A model generated the notes under the pieces. It had not been told where the DNA came from and searched no databases. It saw only the letters and a program-made list of their open reading frames with translations. From assembly GCA_032249135.1 (NCBI GenBank), contig JAVVGL010000020.1:1-35834 (forward strand): a stretch of 35,834 bases of DNA, read 5' to 3'. The first letter of the stretch is position 1; each line of letters begins with the position of its first letter. This DNA is from Candidatus Calescibacterium sp. Its GTDB lineage: Bacteria > Calescibacteriota > Calescibacteriia > Calescibacteriales > Calescibacteriaceae. The position numbers were made by a program, and so were the translations under genes. Shown piece after piece: positions 8,215-18,043 of the stretch.

Positions 8215-9816
8215 ATGAAAATTTCGGATTTTGTATATTCAGTCAAGGTTTTGAGGTGGTTCACAAGACAGCTTGGGTTAAGCTACAAAGATTTTTTCAC
8301 TGATGTATTCAAAACAATGATGGGTAGTATTGAACCCTTAAGGAAAACGGCTCAGAGGAGAGGGAATAAACCCGCTGTTTTGTGGGATGGTGGTATGAGA
8401 ACCCATCTTGAACTTTTTCAAAGGGCAGAAGCTTTGGCAAAATTTCTACTTTCAGAAGGAGTAAAACCAGGAGAAAAATTAGCCTTCATTTCTATAAATA
8501 CGCCAGAAGCTCCGGAAGTTTGGCTGTGTTCAGTTATGTTGAGACTTTCTCTTATTCCAGTTAATTGGCATTTCAAATCAGAAGAGATAAAATACATAAT
8601 GCAAAATTCGGGATGTAAAAATGTGATATATCATGCCGATGTCAAAGATGAGGTAAAAAAGAGCGATGAATACAAAATCATGCTTGAAATAGATGGTACT
8701 GAAAGCTCATCTTATGAGCAAGCTATAAATTTGGGTATGCTTCTTAAAAGAGATATAAGAGTTTCTCCACGAGCAAGATCTGGGATTTTGATTTATACAT
8801 CTGGGACAACTGGGAAACCGAAGGGAGCTCCGAGAAAGTTAAATCCTCTTTATGCCTTTTTATTTGTTGCTACTGCTGCCTATGAATTTGGTATAACAAA
8901 AGATGATATCCATCTTGTTGTTGCTCCGCTATATCATAGTGCGCCTTTCTTTTTTGCTCAACTCCACATATCTTTGGGTGGAACTCTCGTTATACTTCCA
9001 AGGTTTAGGGTAGAAAGCTTCTTTGAAGCTGTTACAAAATTCAAGCCTACTACAACTTTTGTTGTACCGTATATGATTTATGAAATAATGGATAATCTTG
9101 ATTCTTTTGGGAAAGAAAAACTTTCATCTTTGAAGAAAGTAATTTCAGGGGCTGCGTATCTTAATCCAGAAACCAAGATAAAATTTGTAAATACTTTTGG
9201 ACCGATTTTATATGAGTTTTATGGATCAACAGAAACAGGGATAAATACAATTTTGAGACCTTCTGATATTCCTAAGAAAGCAGAAAGCGTCGGAAAACCT
9301 ATGCCTCTTAATAAAATAAAGATATTAGATGATAGTGGTAGAGAATGCCCGCCAGATACTCCGGGTGAGATTTTTATAAAATCTCCATTTATTATAAGAG
9401 GATATTACAAAGATCCAACCTATACAAAAGAATGGACAAAGGGAGGATATTTTTCCGCTGGTGATATTGGAAAGATTGATAAAGACGGATATCTTTACAT
9501 TTTAGATAGGAAGAAAGATATGATAATAAGTGCAGGGGTTAATATATATCCTGCTGAGATAGAGCAGGTACTAATGCAACATCCGGCTGTGAAGATGTGC
9601 GCAGTGGTTGGTGTCAAAGACGAAAAATGGGGTGAGAAAGTGAAAGCATTTATTGTTTTGAGAAAAGGATACGAGGTTTCAGAGAAAGAACTTGAAAAAT
9701 TTTTGCGTGAAAGAATAGCAAATTACAAAGTACCAAAGGAATGGGCTTTTGTAGATGAATTACCCATGACTCCATCTGGAAAAGTTCTAAAAAGAGTTCT
9801 GAGGGAAATGAAATGA
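8215..9816 (+). CDS. AMP-binding acyl-CoA synthetase/ligase
   Basis: YTSGTTGKPKG, FYGSTETG, GDIG, DRKKDMIISAGVNIYPAEIE, LPMTPSGKVLKR. Confidence 0.93.
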   Translation: MKISDFVYSVKVLRWFTRQLGLSYKDFFTDVFKTMMGSIEPLRKTAQRRGNKPAVLWDGGMRTHLELFQRAEALAKFLLSEGVKPGEKLAFISINTPEAPEVWLCSVMLRLSLIPVNWHFKSEEIKYIMQNSGCKNVIYHADVKDEVKKSDEYKIMLEIDGTESSSYEQAINLGMLLKRDIRVSPRARSGILIYTSGTTGKPKGAPRKLNPLYAFLFVATAAYEFGITKDDIHLVVAPLYHSAPFFFAQLHISLGGTLVILPRFRVESFFEAVTKFKPTTTFVVPYMIYEIMDNLDSFGKEKLSSLKKVISGAAYLNPETKIKFVNTFGPILYEFYGSTETGINTILRPSDIPKKAESVGKPMPLNKIKILDDSGRECPPDTPGEIFIKSPFIIRGYYKDPTYTKEWTKGGYFSAGDIGKIDKDGYLYILDRKKDMIISAGVNIYPAEIEQVLMQHPAVKMCAVVGVKDEKWGEKVKAFIVLRKGYEVSEKELEKFLRERIANYKVPKEWAFVDELPMTPSGKVLKRVLREMK

Positions 9817-9840
9817 AGTTTTAAATTGCATTTCTTCTCT

Positions 9841-10023
9841 TTAACTCTTCATTCTTCTTTTTTTCTCTTCTTCTTTTTTCTTCCTTTCAAGATATCTTCT
9901 TATGTAGCAGGGGCAAAAATCTATTTTTTTCTGATATTGACTTTCGTTATGTTCTTCAACTATTCTCCCTGCTATTCTGTAAATCCCTTTTTTGATTGTA
10001 AGTCTTTTTTCCCACTCTCTCAT
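9841..10023 (-). CDS. Possible small basic hypothetical protein (60 aa, MREWEKRL...FCPCYIRRYLE...)
   Basis: Fills the gap between the acyl-CoA ligase and adk and has the purine-rich bias of coding strands here; no recognisable motif. Confidence 0.3.
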   Translation of the reverse strand: MREWEKRLTIKKGIYRIAGRIVEEHNESQYQKKIDFCPCYIRRYLERKKKEEEKKRRMKS

Positions 10024-10099
10024 TCTTATAAATATTGATAATTCCCCGTCTATTTTAGTAGAAAATGAAATTTTTTTAAAGATAACATAATGTTTTTTC

Positions 10100-10765
10100 A
10101 TGCAAGAGGGGAAAATCGTTGTTATACTTTTTGGACCTCCGGGGAGCGGTAAGGGAACGCAAGGGAAAATGATAGCAGAAGAAATTGGGATACCTCATAT
10201 TGCAACTGGTGATATAATGCGGCAAGCAATTTCAGATGGAACTGAACTCGGATTAAAAGTAAAAGAATTTGTTGGGAAAGGTCTTCTTGTTCCAGATGAA
10301 ATAGTAATTCAGATTATTGAAGAGAGGCTCAAAAAAGACGATACAAAAAACGGTTTTATATTAGATGGTTTCCCAAGAACAATTCCGCAAGCAGTTGCTC
10401 TTGATGAGCTTTTCCAAAAAATTAACATACAAAATTACAAGGTTATATGGTTAGATGTTCCAGATGAGGAGATAGTAAAAAGAATAAGCGGGAGGAGAAC
10501 CTGTAAAAATTGCCAAGCTGTTTATAACATATACTTTAACCCTCCAAAAGTTGATGGAATTTGCGATGTATGTGGTGGAGAGCTTTTCATCAGGGAAGAT
10601 GATAAAGAAGAAAAAGTAAAAAAAAGGCTTGAAGTTTTCAGGGAACAAACTCTACCTCTTATTGACTATTACCAGAAAAAAAGGAGAAAGATAATCAGAG
10701 TGAGCGGAGTAGGGAGTGTGGATGAGATAAAAGAGAGAATAAAGATGGAAATTTTTAGAGAGTGA
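10100..10765 (+). CDS. adk: Adenylate kinase with Zn-binding LID
   Basis: GPPGSGKGTQ, HIATGDIMR, LDGFPRT, CKNC...CDVC, REDD. Confidence 0.97.
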   Translation: MQEGKIVVILFGPPGSGKGTQGKMIAEEIGIPHIATGDIMRQAISDGTELGLKVKEFVGKGLLVPDEIVIQIIEERLKKDDTKNGFILDGFPRTIPQAVALDELFQKINIQNYKVIWLDVPDEEIVKRISGRRTCKNCQAVYNIYFNPPKVDGICDVCGGELFIREDDKEEKVKKRLEVFREQTLPLIDYYQKKRRKIIRVSGVGSVDEIKERIKMEIFRE

Positions 10766-10807
10766 AAATGGAAATAGAATGAAAAAATAGAATGAAAATT
10801 GAAATTA

Positions 10808-12205
10808 TCAAATGGCTCTGATTAAGCTTTTGTAAATTTGAATATATTTTTCAGCCATAGTTTCTGATGAGAAATCGAGCGTCATAACGGTTTTGACTTT
10901 TTCAATAAATTTTTCTTTGTTATCATATAAATCTATTGCTCTTTTTATTGCGCACATAAATTCACCTTTTGTCGGGTTATCAAAAACAATACCGTAACCA
11001 CCTTCTGCTATATCCTTTACTGTTTCCTCCAGTCCCCCCGTTTTTCTGACAATAGGAACACAACCATATCTCATTCCTATCATCTGAGTTATTCCGCAAG
11101 GTTCAAACATAGATGGCATAAGGATAAAATCAGATGAGGCGAAAAGTCTTCTTGAAAGTTCATCCTGAAATTTAGTTGAAACACGAATGTTTTTATATAT
11201 GTTTGCAAAATCTGAAAAAGCCTGCTCATATTCTCCTGAACCAAGAAAGAAAAAGTTTGCATCAAGGTAAGCTATGTCTTTTATAGATTCTAATATCAGA
11301 TGAACTCCTTTCTGATACGATAATCTACTTATGAAAGATATGAGAGGCTTTGATGGGTCTAAATTGTATATCTCGCATAGTTTTTCTTTGTTCAAGAACT
11401 TACCTTCAATACTATTTGCTGAGAATCTGAACCATAACTTGGAGTCCGTTTCCGGATTCCAGGTATCATAGTCTATACCGTTTATTATACCTTTGAGTTT
11501 AAATTTATATTTGTTCAAAACTCCTTCCAAACCCCATCCATATTCCTGGGTTAAAATTTCGGTAGCATATTTTTCACTTACTGTTGTGACAAAATCAGAA
11601 AAAACAATTCCTCCTTTCAAAAGATTTGTAAGTCCCCAAAACTCCAAAGCTTCCATATGATAAAGATGGGGAGGGAGATTGAGGCGATAAACTAATCTGC
11701 TGTCAAAATATCCCTGATAGGCGAGATTATGGATGGTAAATACGGTTTTGACGGATGAATGAAAAACCTCCTTCAAAATAACTGGTATGAGTGCGGTTTG
11801 CCAATCGTTAGCATGAATTACATCGGCATAAATTATTCCTTCTGATACTGCCTTTGAGACAGCCCATGAAAAACCTCCAAACCTTATGTCATTATCAGCA
11901 TATGCTATTCCGGGGGGACCGTAGATGTAATCCCTTCCAAAAAGTTCCTGATTTGCAAAAAAGTATGTATCTTCTGATTTGAAGATTTCAAAAATATATT
12001 CTCTCTGCTCTAAAATAACTTTTACACTCATTCCTGTACTTTTTATTGAGAATTTCTCTTTATCTATTGTTTTGTAAAGCGGAGTTATACCCATAGCATT
12101 TATTCCTTTTTTTCTCAGATTTTTTATAAGTGCATGAGCAAAATCAGCAAGTCCTCCCGTTTTTGAATAAGGATATATTTCAGATGATGCGACTAAAACT
12201 CGCAT
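10808..12205 (-). CDS. glgA: Glycogen synthase
   Basis: SKTGGLAD, HANDWQT, FTIHNLAYQG, GIINGID, PSMFEPCGITQM, RKTGGL; SD GGAGG upstream. Confidence 0.95.
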   Translation of the reverse strand: MRVLVASSEIYPYSKTGGLADFAHALIKNLRKKGINAMGITPLYKTIDKEKFSIKSTGMSVKVILEQREYIFEIFKSEDTYFFANQELFGRDYIYGPPGIAYADNDIRFGGFSWAVSKAVSEGIIYADVIHANDWQTALIPVILKEVFHSSVKTVFTIHNLAYQGYFDSRLVYRLNLPPHLYHMEALEFWGLTNLLKGGIVFSDFVTTVSEKYATEILTQEYGWGLEGVLNKYKFKLKGIINGIDYDTWNPETDSKLWFRFSANSIEGKFLNKEKLCEIYNLDPSKPLISFISRLSYQKGVHLILESIKDIAYLDANFFFLGSGEYEQAFSDFANIYKNIRVSTKFQDELSRRLFASSDFILMPSMFEPCGITQMIGMRYGCVPIVRKTGGLEETVKDIAEGGYGIVFDNPTKGEFMCAIKRAIDLYDNKEKFIEKVKTVMTLDFSSETMAEKYIQIYKSLIRAI

Positions 12206-12217
12206 AAAAATACCTCC

Positions 12218-13210
12218 TCAAATTATAGCAGGGACTCTTTTCCAATACCACATAATAGATTGCCGCAACCCCTGGTAAGCCTCAAAATCTGGCTTGAAAC
12301 CAAGCTCCCTTTCAGCTTTCTCATAGGTGCAATACCAATTTTTCTGAGCAATTCTTACAAGAGTATCTGGAGTGATGAGTTTGAGACGCTTTGAGATGCG
12401 AGCTGGTATAAGTCTTATTAAATTTGCAATAGCTATTACAAACTCTCTTGGTAACTCAACCTTTTTTAACTTTCTTGATAGAACTTCAACAGCGATTCTG
12501 TTCAGAATTTCATAGATTTGCTCAAAAGTATATTTGTTCCCGTCAGATAGGTGATAAGCTTCCCCAGATTTTACATCTTTTTCAGCAACAAGGATATGAA
12601 GTTTTACAACATCAGCTACATGCACGAGCGAAAAAAGACATCCGCGTATAAGAGGAAATGCAAATTTTAGCGAAACCTGAAAAAGAGGCAAAAAGCCAAG
12701 ATCTAAACTCCCATATATAGCAGTAGGTCTTATTATTGAAACATTAAGAATATTTTTGTGAAGCAAAACATAATCCTCCGCTTCTCTTTTGCTCTTTCCA
12801 TAGAAATCTACTGGATGAGGTTCATCACTTTCTTTTATTGGTTCAGAATCTTTACCCGGACCAACGGACGCAAGCGTAGAAGTGTAAATAAATTTCACCC
12901 GATTTTCTGATTCCAAAATTGCTTTTATCAAGTTTTTTGTGCCATCCACATTCACCCTAAAATAATCAGAAGGATTGTAAGAAGAAATAAGACCAGCAAC
13001 ATGGAAGACAACATCTATTCCTCTAAAATAACGAGGATCCAGAGTTTTTGGATCCATAATGTCTCCTATAACAATTTCAACATCTTCCGGGAGCTGCCTT
13101 GCTTTCTGAGGAGACCTTGCAAGGCAGCGAACAGAATATCCTTTTTTCAAAAGCTGACCAATAAGATTTCTGCCTAAAAAACCGGTACCTCCGGTGACAA
13201 AAGCTCTCAT
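12218..13210 (-). CDS. NAD-dependent epimerase/dehydratase (extended SDR)
   Basis: VTGGTGFLG, FHVAG, NVDGTKN, YGKSK, RPTAIYG; ATG 13210 preferred. Confidence 0.9.
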   Translation of the reverse strand: MRAFVTGGTGFLGRNLIGQLLKKGYSVRCLARSPQKARQLPEDVEIVIGDIMDPKTLDPRYFRGIDVVFHVAGLISSYNPSDYFRVNVDGTKNLIKAILESENRVKFIYTSTLASVGPGKDSEPIKESDEPHPVDFYGKSKREAEDYVLLHKNILNVSIIRPTAIYGSLDLGFLPLFQVSLKFAFPLIRGCLFSLVHVADVVKLHILVAEKDVKSGEAYHLSDGNKYTFEQIYEILNRIAVEVLSRKLKKVELPREFVIAIANLIRLIPARISKRLKLITPDTLVRIAQKNWYCTYEKAERELGFKPDFEAYQGLRQSIMWYWKRVPAII

Positions 13211-13316
13211 AAACAAAATCTTTTAATTGATTTTTTGCTAAATTGAATATTTATAACAAATTTTTTGTAAATTCGTCTTATAAATTCAGCCCGCCCCAAT
13301 TCCAATCACAGATAAA

Positions 13317-14192
13317 TTAAGGTTTCTGTTTTGAGAACAAAACAAAAGCCAAAAAGAAAAAAATGACTCCCATCAAGAATAAAGATAGTGCAAAAAATAT
13401 CCACATCATCTCTCCAAAGGAGTAGTATATATAGAGACCAAAAGGTCCTAAAACATCAAGAGTTTGAGAGAAAAAGGAGATTACCGCTAATCTGAAAGTT
13501 TCGGCAGGATTAAGAAGAATAAATAAAATAAAAGCAAAATTTGGAACACGAGCCAAAGATATAAAACTTAAAACTCCAACCTCACTGAAAACAGTAAAAA
13601 AAAAGAGAAAAAAAAGTGCGAAAGAGATAGCTCTCAAACGGCTGAGAGAAGCAACCGATATCAACAATCCCAGAGAAACAAAAACAAAAGAAAACAAAAT
13701 CAGAAAAAACACAATCTTGAAAAACAAAAGAAAATCTCCCTTATCATACTTTAAGATGAAGAAAAAGAGAGGCAAAATTAATATCGGAGGCAATATAATT
13801 CCAGAAAATATTGAGATAAACTTTGACAAGAAAAACTCTATTTTTTTGATTGGGAAAGAAAAAACATATTCTAAAATGAGGTTTTCGCGAGCTGAACTTA
13901 TTGACAAACTTGAAGGCAATAGCGAAAAAGCCGGAACCAAAAGGAATGATATATTTACAAATGAAGCTAAAAATTTCCCAACCCCTGAGAATCCGTAAAT
14001 TCCCTCACGCCAACCCGCCCAACCCAAACCTACCAATACAAAACCAAAAACAACAAAGTAAAACAAAAACCACCTTGAATACAAAACTTCCTTAAAATCA
14101 ATTATAAATAAGCTTGAAAATCTCTCAAAAGAGAACTTACTGCTGTTTGAAGCTAAAAATTTTTCAGAAGATCTGACTTCTTTATTTCCCAT
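13317..14192 (-). CDS. nosY: NosY ABC transporter permease
   Basis: Multi-TM protein with RENLILEYVFSFPI...FLSKF and LLNPAETFRL; last gene of the nosDFL run. Confidence 0.85.
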   Translation of the reverse strand: MGNKEVRSSEKFLASNSSKFSFERFSSLFIIDFKEVLYSRWFLFYFVVFGFVLVGLGWAGWREGIYGFSGVGKFLASFVNISFLLVPAFSLLPSSLSISSARENLILEYVFSFPIKKIEFFLSKFISIFSGIILPPILILPLFFFILKYDKGDFLLFFKIVFFLILFSFVFVSLGLLISVASLSRLRAISFALFFLFFFTVFSEVGVLSFISLARVPNFAFILFILLNPAETFRLAVISFFSQTLDVLGPFGLYIYYSFGEMMWIFFALSLFLMGVIFFFLAFVLFSKQKP

Positions 14193-14207
14193 TTTTTATT
14201 TCAAGCT

Positions 14208-14681
14208 TTACTCCTCATGATGAGTTCCTGCAATCTTTTTTATGAGCTCTTCAAATGGTATGCAATCACCTTTACAATTTTGTTTTTTGAAAGCAACAAA
14301 TCCATAATGCATAGGAGTAGTAAAACCCGAGGAAAAAAGAGCATTTTCAGTATCAAGCCATTCACCAGTTTCAAAATCTGCAACCCAAATCTTTTTAACC
14401 TTCTCTTTTTCTTTGATGTAAGATGAAACAAGACAGCCAATATCATCAAACTTTTTGACTTTTCCGTCAGATGTTATATATTGACCAGAGAATTTTTTTT
14501 CTGTTATGTGCATTCCACAAGAAGAATATACATCACCCGGCAGAATATCAACTGGTCCTGTCCTTTGGGGACACTTACCTTGAACTAAAAGAGTTGAAAA
14601 TAAAAAAAGAAAGAAACCAAAAAAAGTAAGAAAAAACCTTCTGCTATTTCTTTGGATATTTTTATTTTTTCTTTTCATCAT
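14208..14681 (-). CDS. nosL: NosL copper chaperone
   Basis: YSSCGMHI, KFDDIGCL, IWVADF...W, TPMHYGFVAF; nos context. Confidence 0.88.
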   Translation of the reverse strand: MMKRKNKNIQRNSRRFFLTFFGFFLFLFSTLLVQGKCPQRTGPVDILPGDVYSSCGMHITEKKFSGQYITSDGKVKKFDDIGCLVSSYIKEKEKVKKIWVADFETGEWLDTENALFSSGFTTPMHYGFVAFKKQNCKGDCIPFEELIKKIAGTHHEE

Positions 14682-15300
14682 TTTCTACCCTTCCGTTTTT
14701 CATATATATTACTCTTGTTGCAAAAGAAACATCTTGAATTCTGTGAGTAGAAATTAGCAAGGTTGAATTCAAATTTTGCAAAAAGTCAAATAGTTTTTCC
14801 TGAGCTGATGTATCAAGGTGAGAAAAAGGTTCATCAAGCAGAAGTATTTTCGGATTTCCCAAAAAAGCAAAAATCAAAAGAAGTTTTTGTCTCATTCCTC
14901 CCGAGAGTTCATTCATTTTTTTTCTGTATATAGAAGACAAATTGAGCTCAAAAATATCAAGCAGTTTATCAAATTCTGAAAAAGTCGCCCCACGAGATGA
15001 ACAAACAAGGTTTATAACATCTTGAACATGAGCTGACCAGAGAGGATGAACCTGCAGAACATATCCAAGATAATTTTTTATTGACTGAAAATGGTGAGAA
15101 TTCACACTAAAACCTAAAACTTGAATTTCACCTTCAAAGCTTTCAAATCCCATAATGCACCTCAGAAGAGTTGTTTTTCCTGAACCGTTATGCCCAAATA
15201 AAACAACTTTTTCACCTTCAACAATATCAAAAGATACATCATCAAGAACTTTCTCTCCATTAAAGCTTTTCTTCAAATTCTTTATCTTGACTGCAATCAT
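14662..15300 (-). CDS. nosF: NosF ABC transporter ATPase
   Basis: GHNGSGKTT, LSGGMRQKL, LLLDEP, ISTH. ATG at 15300; the frame is open upstream to a TTG at 15366. Confidence 0.88.
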   Translation of the reverse strand: MIAVKIKNLKKSFNGEKVLDDVSFDIVEGEKVVLFGHNGSGKTTLLRCIMGFESFEGEIQVLGFSVNSHHFQSIKNYLGYVLQVHPLWSAHVQDVINLVCSSRGATFSEFDKLLDIFELNLSSIYRKKMNELSGGMRQKLLLIFAFLGNPKILLLDEPFSHLDTSAQEKLFDFLQNLNSTLLISTHRIQDVSFATRVIYMKNGRVENDEKKK

Positions 15301-15362
15301 ACTGCAAAGAAAAAATAAATAACAACTCAGAAATAAAGAATAACTACAAAAAAATAAAATGC

Positions 15363-16712
15363 TCAATGGAAAAACTCAATTTTGTAGTCTTTCAATTTCA
15401 TTTTCCTTTCAGCAAACATATTTTTATTTTTAGGTTCTATTTTTTCCCATCCAAAAAAATTTGGGTTTATTGATGGTCTGATATCAATGAAAGCAGGATC
15501 AGGTTTGAAGAAAGGTAAAATCAAAGAAAGTTGTTCTATGAAAAATTTCAAAGGAGAGATATAAAAGAAACTCAAATTTGGATTATCAGCCAGAACTTTT
15601 AGAAATAAAGATGAATACTCAAAAGGTATATCACCATATCCATCTTTATTCATATCAAAGCCTCTGTAAATATCATAAAAGTTTGAGTACCATAAATTTT
15701 TGTCCTGTGAAACCCCTTGATATTCCGCGATGAATATGTTTGCCCAGAAAGTGTTTTCAGATATGAGGTTAGGATATGCCGGTGGTAAAAAGCTCATGCA
15801 TTTTGTGTTGAAAGCAAAAACATTTTTTCTTATTATATTCCCGTAAGAAACACCTTCAAGAACTTGAGAGTCTTCAAGGTCAGAGTTTATAATTTCACCT
15901 GTAAATTCTGGGGAATTTGCGAGGTAAATTCCTATTGTGTTATCTGCAATAAGATTTTGAGTTATTACGATATAAGATGCATCTTTCAAACCTATTCCAA
16001 TTCCAGTAAGAAATTTTGAGCTTCCAAAAACATTATTTTTCACCAGTATTCTTCGAGAGAACATAATAAAAGCCCCCACAATATTACCGATAAACTCATT
16101 ACCTTCTAAAATATTACCATTACTATACATATAGTGCAACCCATACCTTGAATGAAAAACTTTATTACCTTTTGCCAAAACATCATAAGAATACCAAATG
16201 ACTACATCTCTTACTCCAACAACAGTATTGTTTTCTAAGGTAACAGAACGAGAATACCAAAGACGAATTCCATCTCCTCTCATACTCAAAGGCAAGTCCT
16301 TACCGGAGATGAAATTATCTTTTATAACAACGCCCTGAGAGTTTTTAAGATATATGCCAAAAAGAACATCCTCAATCTTATTACCTTCAATAAAAACTCC
16401 TGATACATTTTCAACCATAATTCCGGAATCTTCTGAAAGAAGGTTTGTTCCAGAATTTCTCAAAGTAAAACCAGAAATTTTACACGGAGCTTTCACAAGA
16501 ACAACATGTCCCTCCCCTTGCCCATCTATAATCGGATAATTTTTCCCTATCAACTCCAAAGGTTTATCTATTACAATTTTACCTTTATAAACTCCACCAT
16601 TTACTATGACACGAGAATTTGGAGGAACTTCTTTCAAAATTGAAAGGTTATTCGCCTTTATCTCAAATACTTGACCGAAAACCGGAAAAACTCCAAAAAA
16701 ATACTCCAACAT
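15363..16712 (-). CDS. nosD: NosD N2O reductase maturation protein (beta-helix)
   Basis: IDKPLELIG...PIIDGQGEG, LFGIYL, RGDGIRLWYS, SRYGLHYMYS, GAFIMFS, GFDMNKDGYGDIPF. Confidence 0.94.
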   Translation of the reverse strand: MLEYFFGVFPVFGQVFEIKANNLSILKEVPPNSRVIVNGGVYKGKIVIDKPLELIGKNYPIIDGQGEGHVVLVKAPCKISGFTLRNSGTNLLSEDSGIMVENVSGVFIEGNKIEDVLFGIYLKNSQGVVIKDNFISGKDLPLSMRGDGIRLWYSRSVTLENNTVVGVRDVVIWYSYDVLAKGNKVFHSRYGLHYMYSNGNILEGNEFIGNIVGAFIMFSRRILVKNNVFGSSKFLTGIGIGLKDASYIVITQNLIADNTIGIYLANSPEFTGEIINSDLEDSQVLEGVSYGNIIRKNVFAFNTKCMSFLPPAYPNLISENTFWANIFIAEYQGVSQDKNLWYSNFYDIYRGFDMNKDGYGDIPFEYSSLFLKVLADNPNLSFFYISPLKFFIEQLSLILPFFKPDPAFIDIRPSINPNFFGWEKIEPKNKNMFAERKMKLKDYKIEFFH

Positions 16713-16816
16713 AATAGATAAGCCGGTTTGGTATTTATCAGAAAACCAAAATAGATATTAGGATAAAAACTGTTAGGAGAAATAAATCCTGAAAACTTTA
16801 ATAGAACAAATCAATC

Positions 16817-16915
16817 AAAAAAGTAAAATATAACTAATAAACGAGATATTTTATTTTGTACTAAATAAGTAGTACTAAATAAGTAAAATGCAAGACAAAA
16901 TTTTGGAATGAAGAA
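16817..16915 (+). repeat. Conserved ~85-100 bp leader shared by both Rpn-family genes (second copy about 35160-35239)
   Basis: AAAAAAGTAAAAT(A)TAACTAATAA(A/G)CGAGATA(T/C)TTTATT...AATAAGTAAAAT(G/T)CAA(G/A)ACAAAATTTTGGAATGAAGAA at both loci. Confidence 0.85.
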
Positions 16916-17882
16916 AAGAAGAAATCATAAAAGGGAAAAAAGAGAATATAAGCACAAAAAAGAGCTGAAAAGGTTTGACCTGATTTTAAAAGAAATTTTC
17001 TCAAAAGCAGTTGGTATAATTTTTTGGTTAGCAGCTGGTCGGAAAATAGAGGGAAAAGCGAAAGTCTTACCGACTGAAATAAGATTTGTTAAATCTTTTT
17101 ACCCTGATATTTTGCTTGAAATCGGTGGAAAAATAATCCACATAGAAATCCAAGTTCAGCAAGACAAAACTTTGCCTGAAAGAATGCTTGACTATTTTTA
17201 TGCTATAAGAAAAAAATATGGGAAAACCCCAACACAGATAGTTTTATTCATAGGCAAAGGAAATCCTCCACCAAGCAAATTTGAACTGAAAGATCAATTT
17301 CAAATGCAAAACTTATATTTCAACTTCGTAGTGTTGGATATGAAAAAAATAGACCCCGATGTTTTCATAAAAAGTGAAAAGCCAGAAGAGGTCATCGTCG
17401 GGATTTTAGCTGGCAAATTCAAAGATAAACCCGAAATAATAAAAAAGGTCAAAGAAAGAATTGTAGAAATTGTGAAAGATGAGAAAGAAATTGCTAAATA
17501 TATAGATAGTGTAAGCTTTTTAGCAAGTTTATTTGATATTGAAATAAAGGTAAAAACTATGCCAATACAAGTTGATATAAGGAAAACCTTTCTTTATAAG
17601 TGGGGAAAAGAAGAAGGTCTGAAAGAAGGAGAAAGAAGAGGACTTGAAAAAGGGAAACAAGAGGGAAAACAAGAAGGCTTGAAGGAGGCAATTTTATTAG
17701 ATGTTCAAATCAAGTTTGGCGAATCAAAGACAAAAGAGGTAAAAACTCTCTTGGAAAAAGTTGACGATTTAAATAGACTCAAAAAAATAAAGAGAAAAAT
17801 AATAGAGGTAAAAACCTGGGATGATTTTATCAAATTTCTCAAAAACTCAAATCCAAAAAATAAAAATTCAAAAGGAAAATAA
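16908..17882 (+). CDS. Rpn/YhgA-like PD-(D/E)XK nuclease family protein, copy 1
   Basis: FDLILKEI, YPDILL...IHIEIQ (D...ExQ), LPERMLDY, QIVLFIG, C-terminal EGLKEG/EGKQEG repeats. Confidence 0.82.
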   Translation: MKKRRNHKREKREYKHKKELKRFDLILKEIFSKAVGIIFWLAAGRKIEGKAKVLPTEIRFVKSFYPDILLEIGGKIIHIEIQVQQDKTLPERMLDYFYAIRKKYGKTPTQIVLFIGKGNPPPSKFELKDQFQMQNLYFNFVVLDMKKIDPDVFIKSEKPEEVIVGILAGKFKDKPEIIKKVKERIVEIVKDEKEIAKYIDSVSFLASLFDIEIKVKTMPIQVDIRKTFLYKWGKEEGLKEGERRGLEKGKQEGKQEGLKEAILLDVQIKFGESKTKEVKTLLEKVDDLNRLKKIKRKIIEVKTWDDFIKFLKNSNPKNKNSKGK

Positions 17883-17975
17883 GTAAGCAATAATTATCAG
17901 TTATATCAGCCTTTCTTTTTTCTTTCTTCTCCGACGATTGGAAAAAGTTAAAAGCAGGGGAAATGTATTAATGTA

Positions 17976-18023
17976 AGAGCAGGTCCCAAGGTGTTTCATT
18001 TTCATGCCCCCGGGACCTGCTTT
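17976..18023. terminator. GC-rich inverted repeat between the convergent nosZ unit and the Rpn gene; probable terminator or RNA stability hairpin
   Basis: AGCAGGTCCC (17978-17987) pairs with GGGACCTGCT (18012-18021), 24-nt loop, about 20 nt after the stop at 18044. Confidence 0.6.
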
Positions 18024-18043
18024 GTTCTAACTTGTATCCTGAT

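Noticed and set aside
17950-18025. Riboswitch with alternative pairing of AAAGCAGG
   Set aside because: Lies at the 3' ends of convergent genes and matches no aptamer I recognise; a terminator or stability hairpin is simpler
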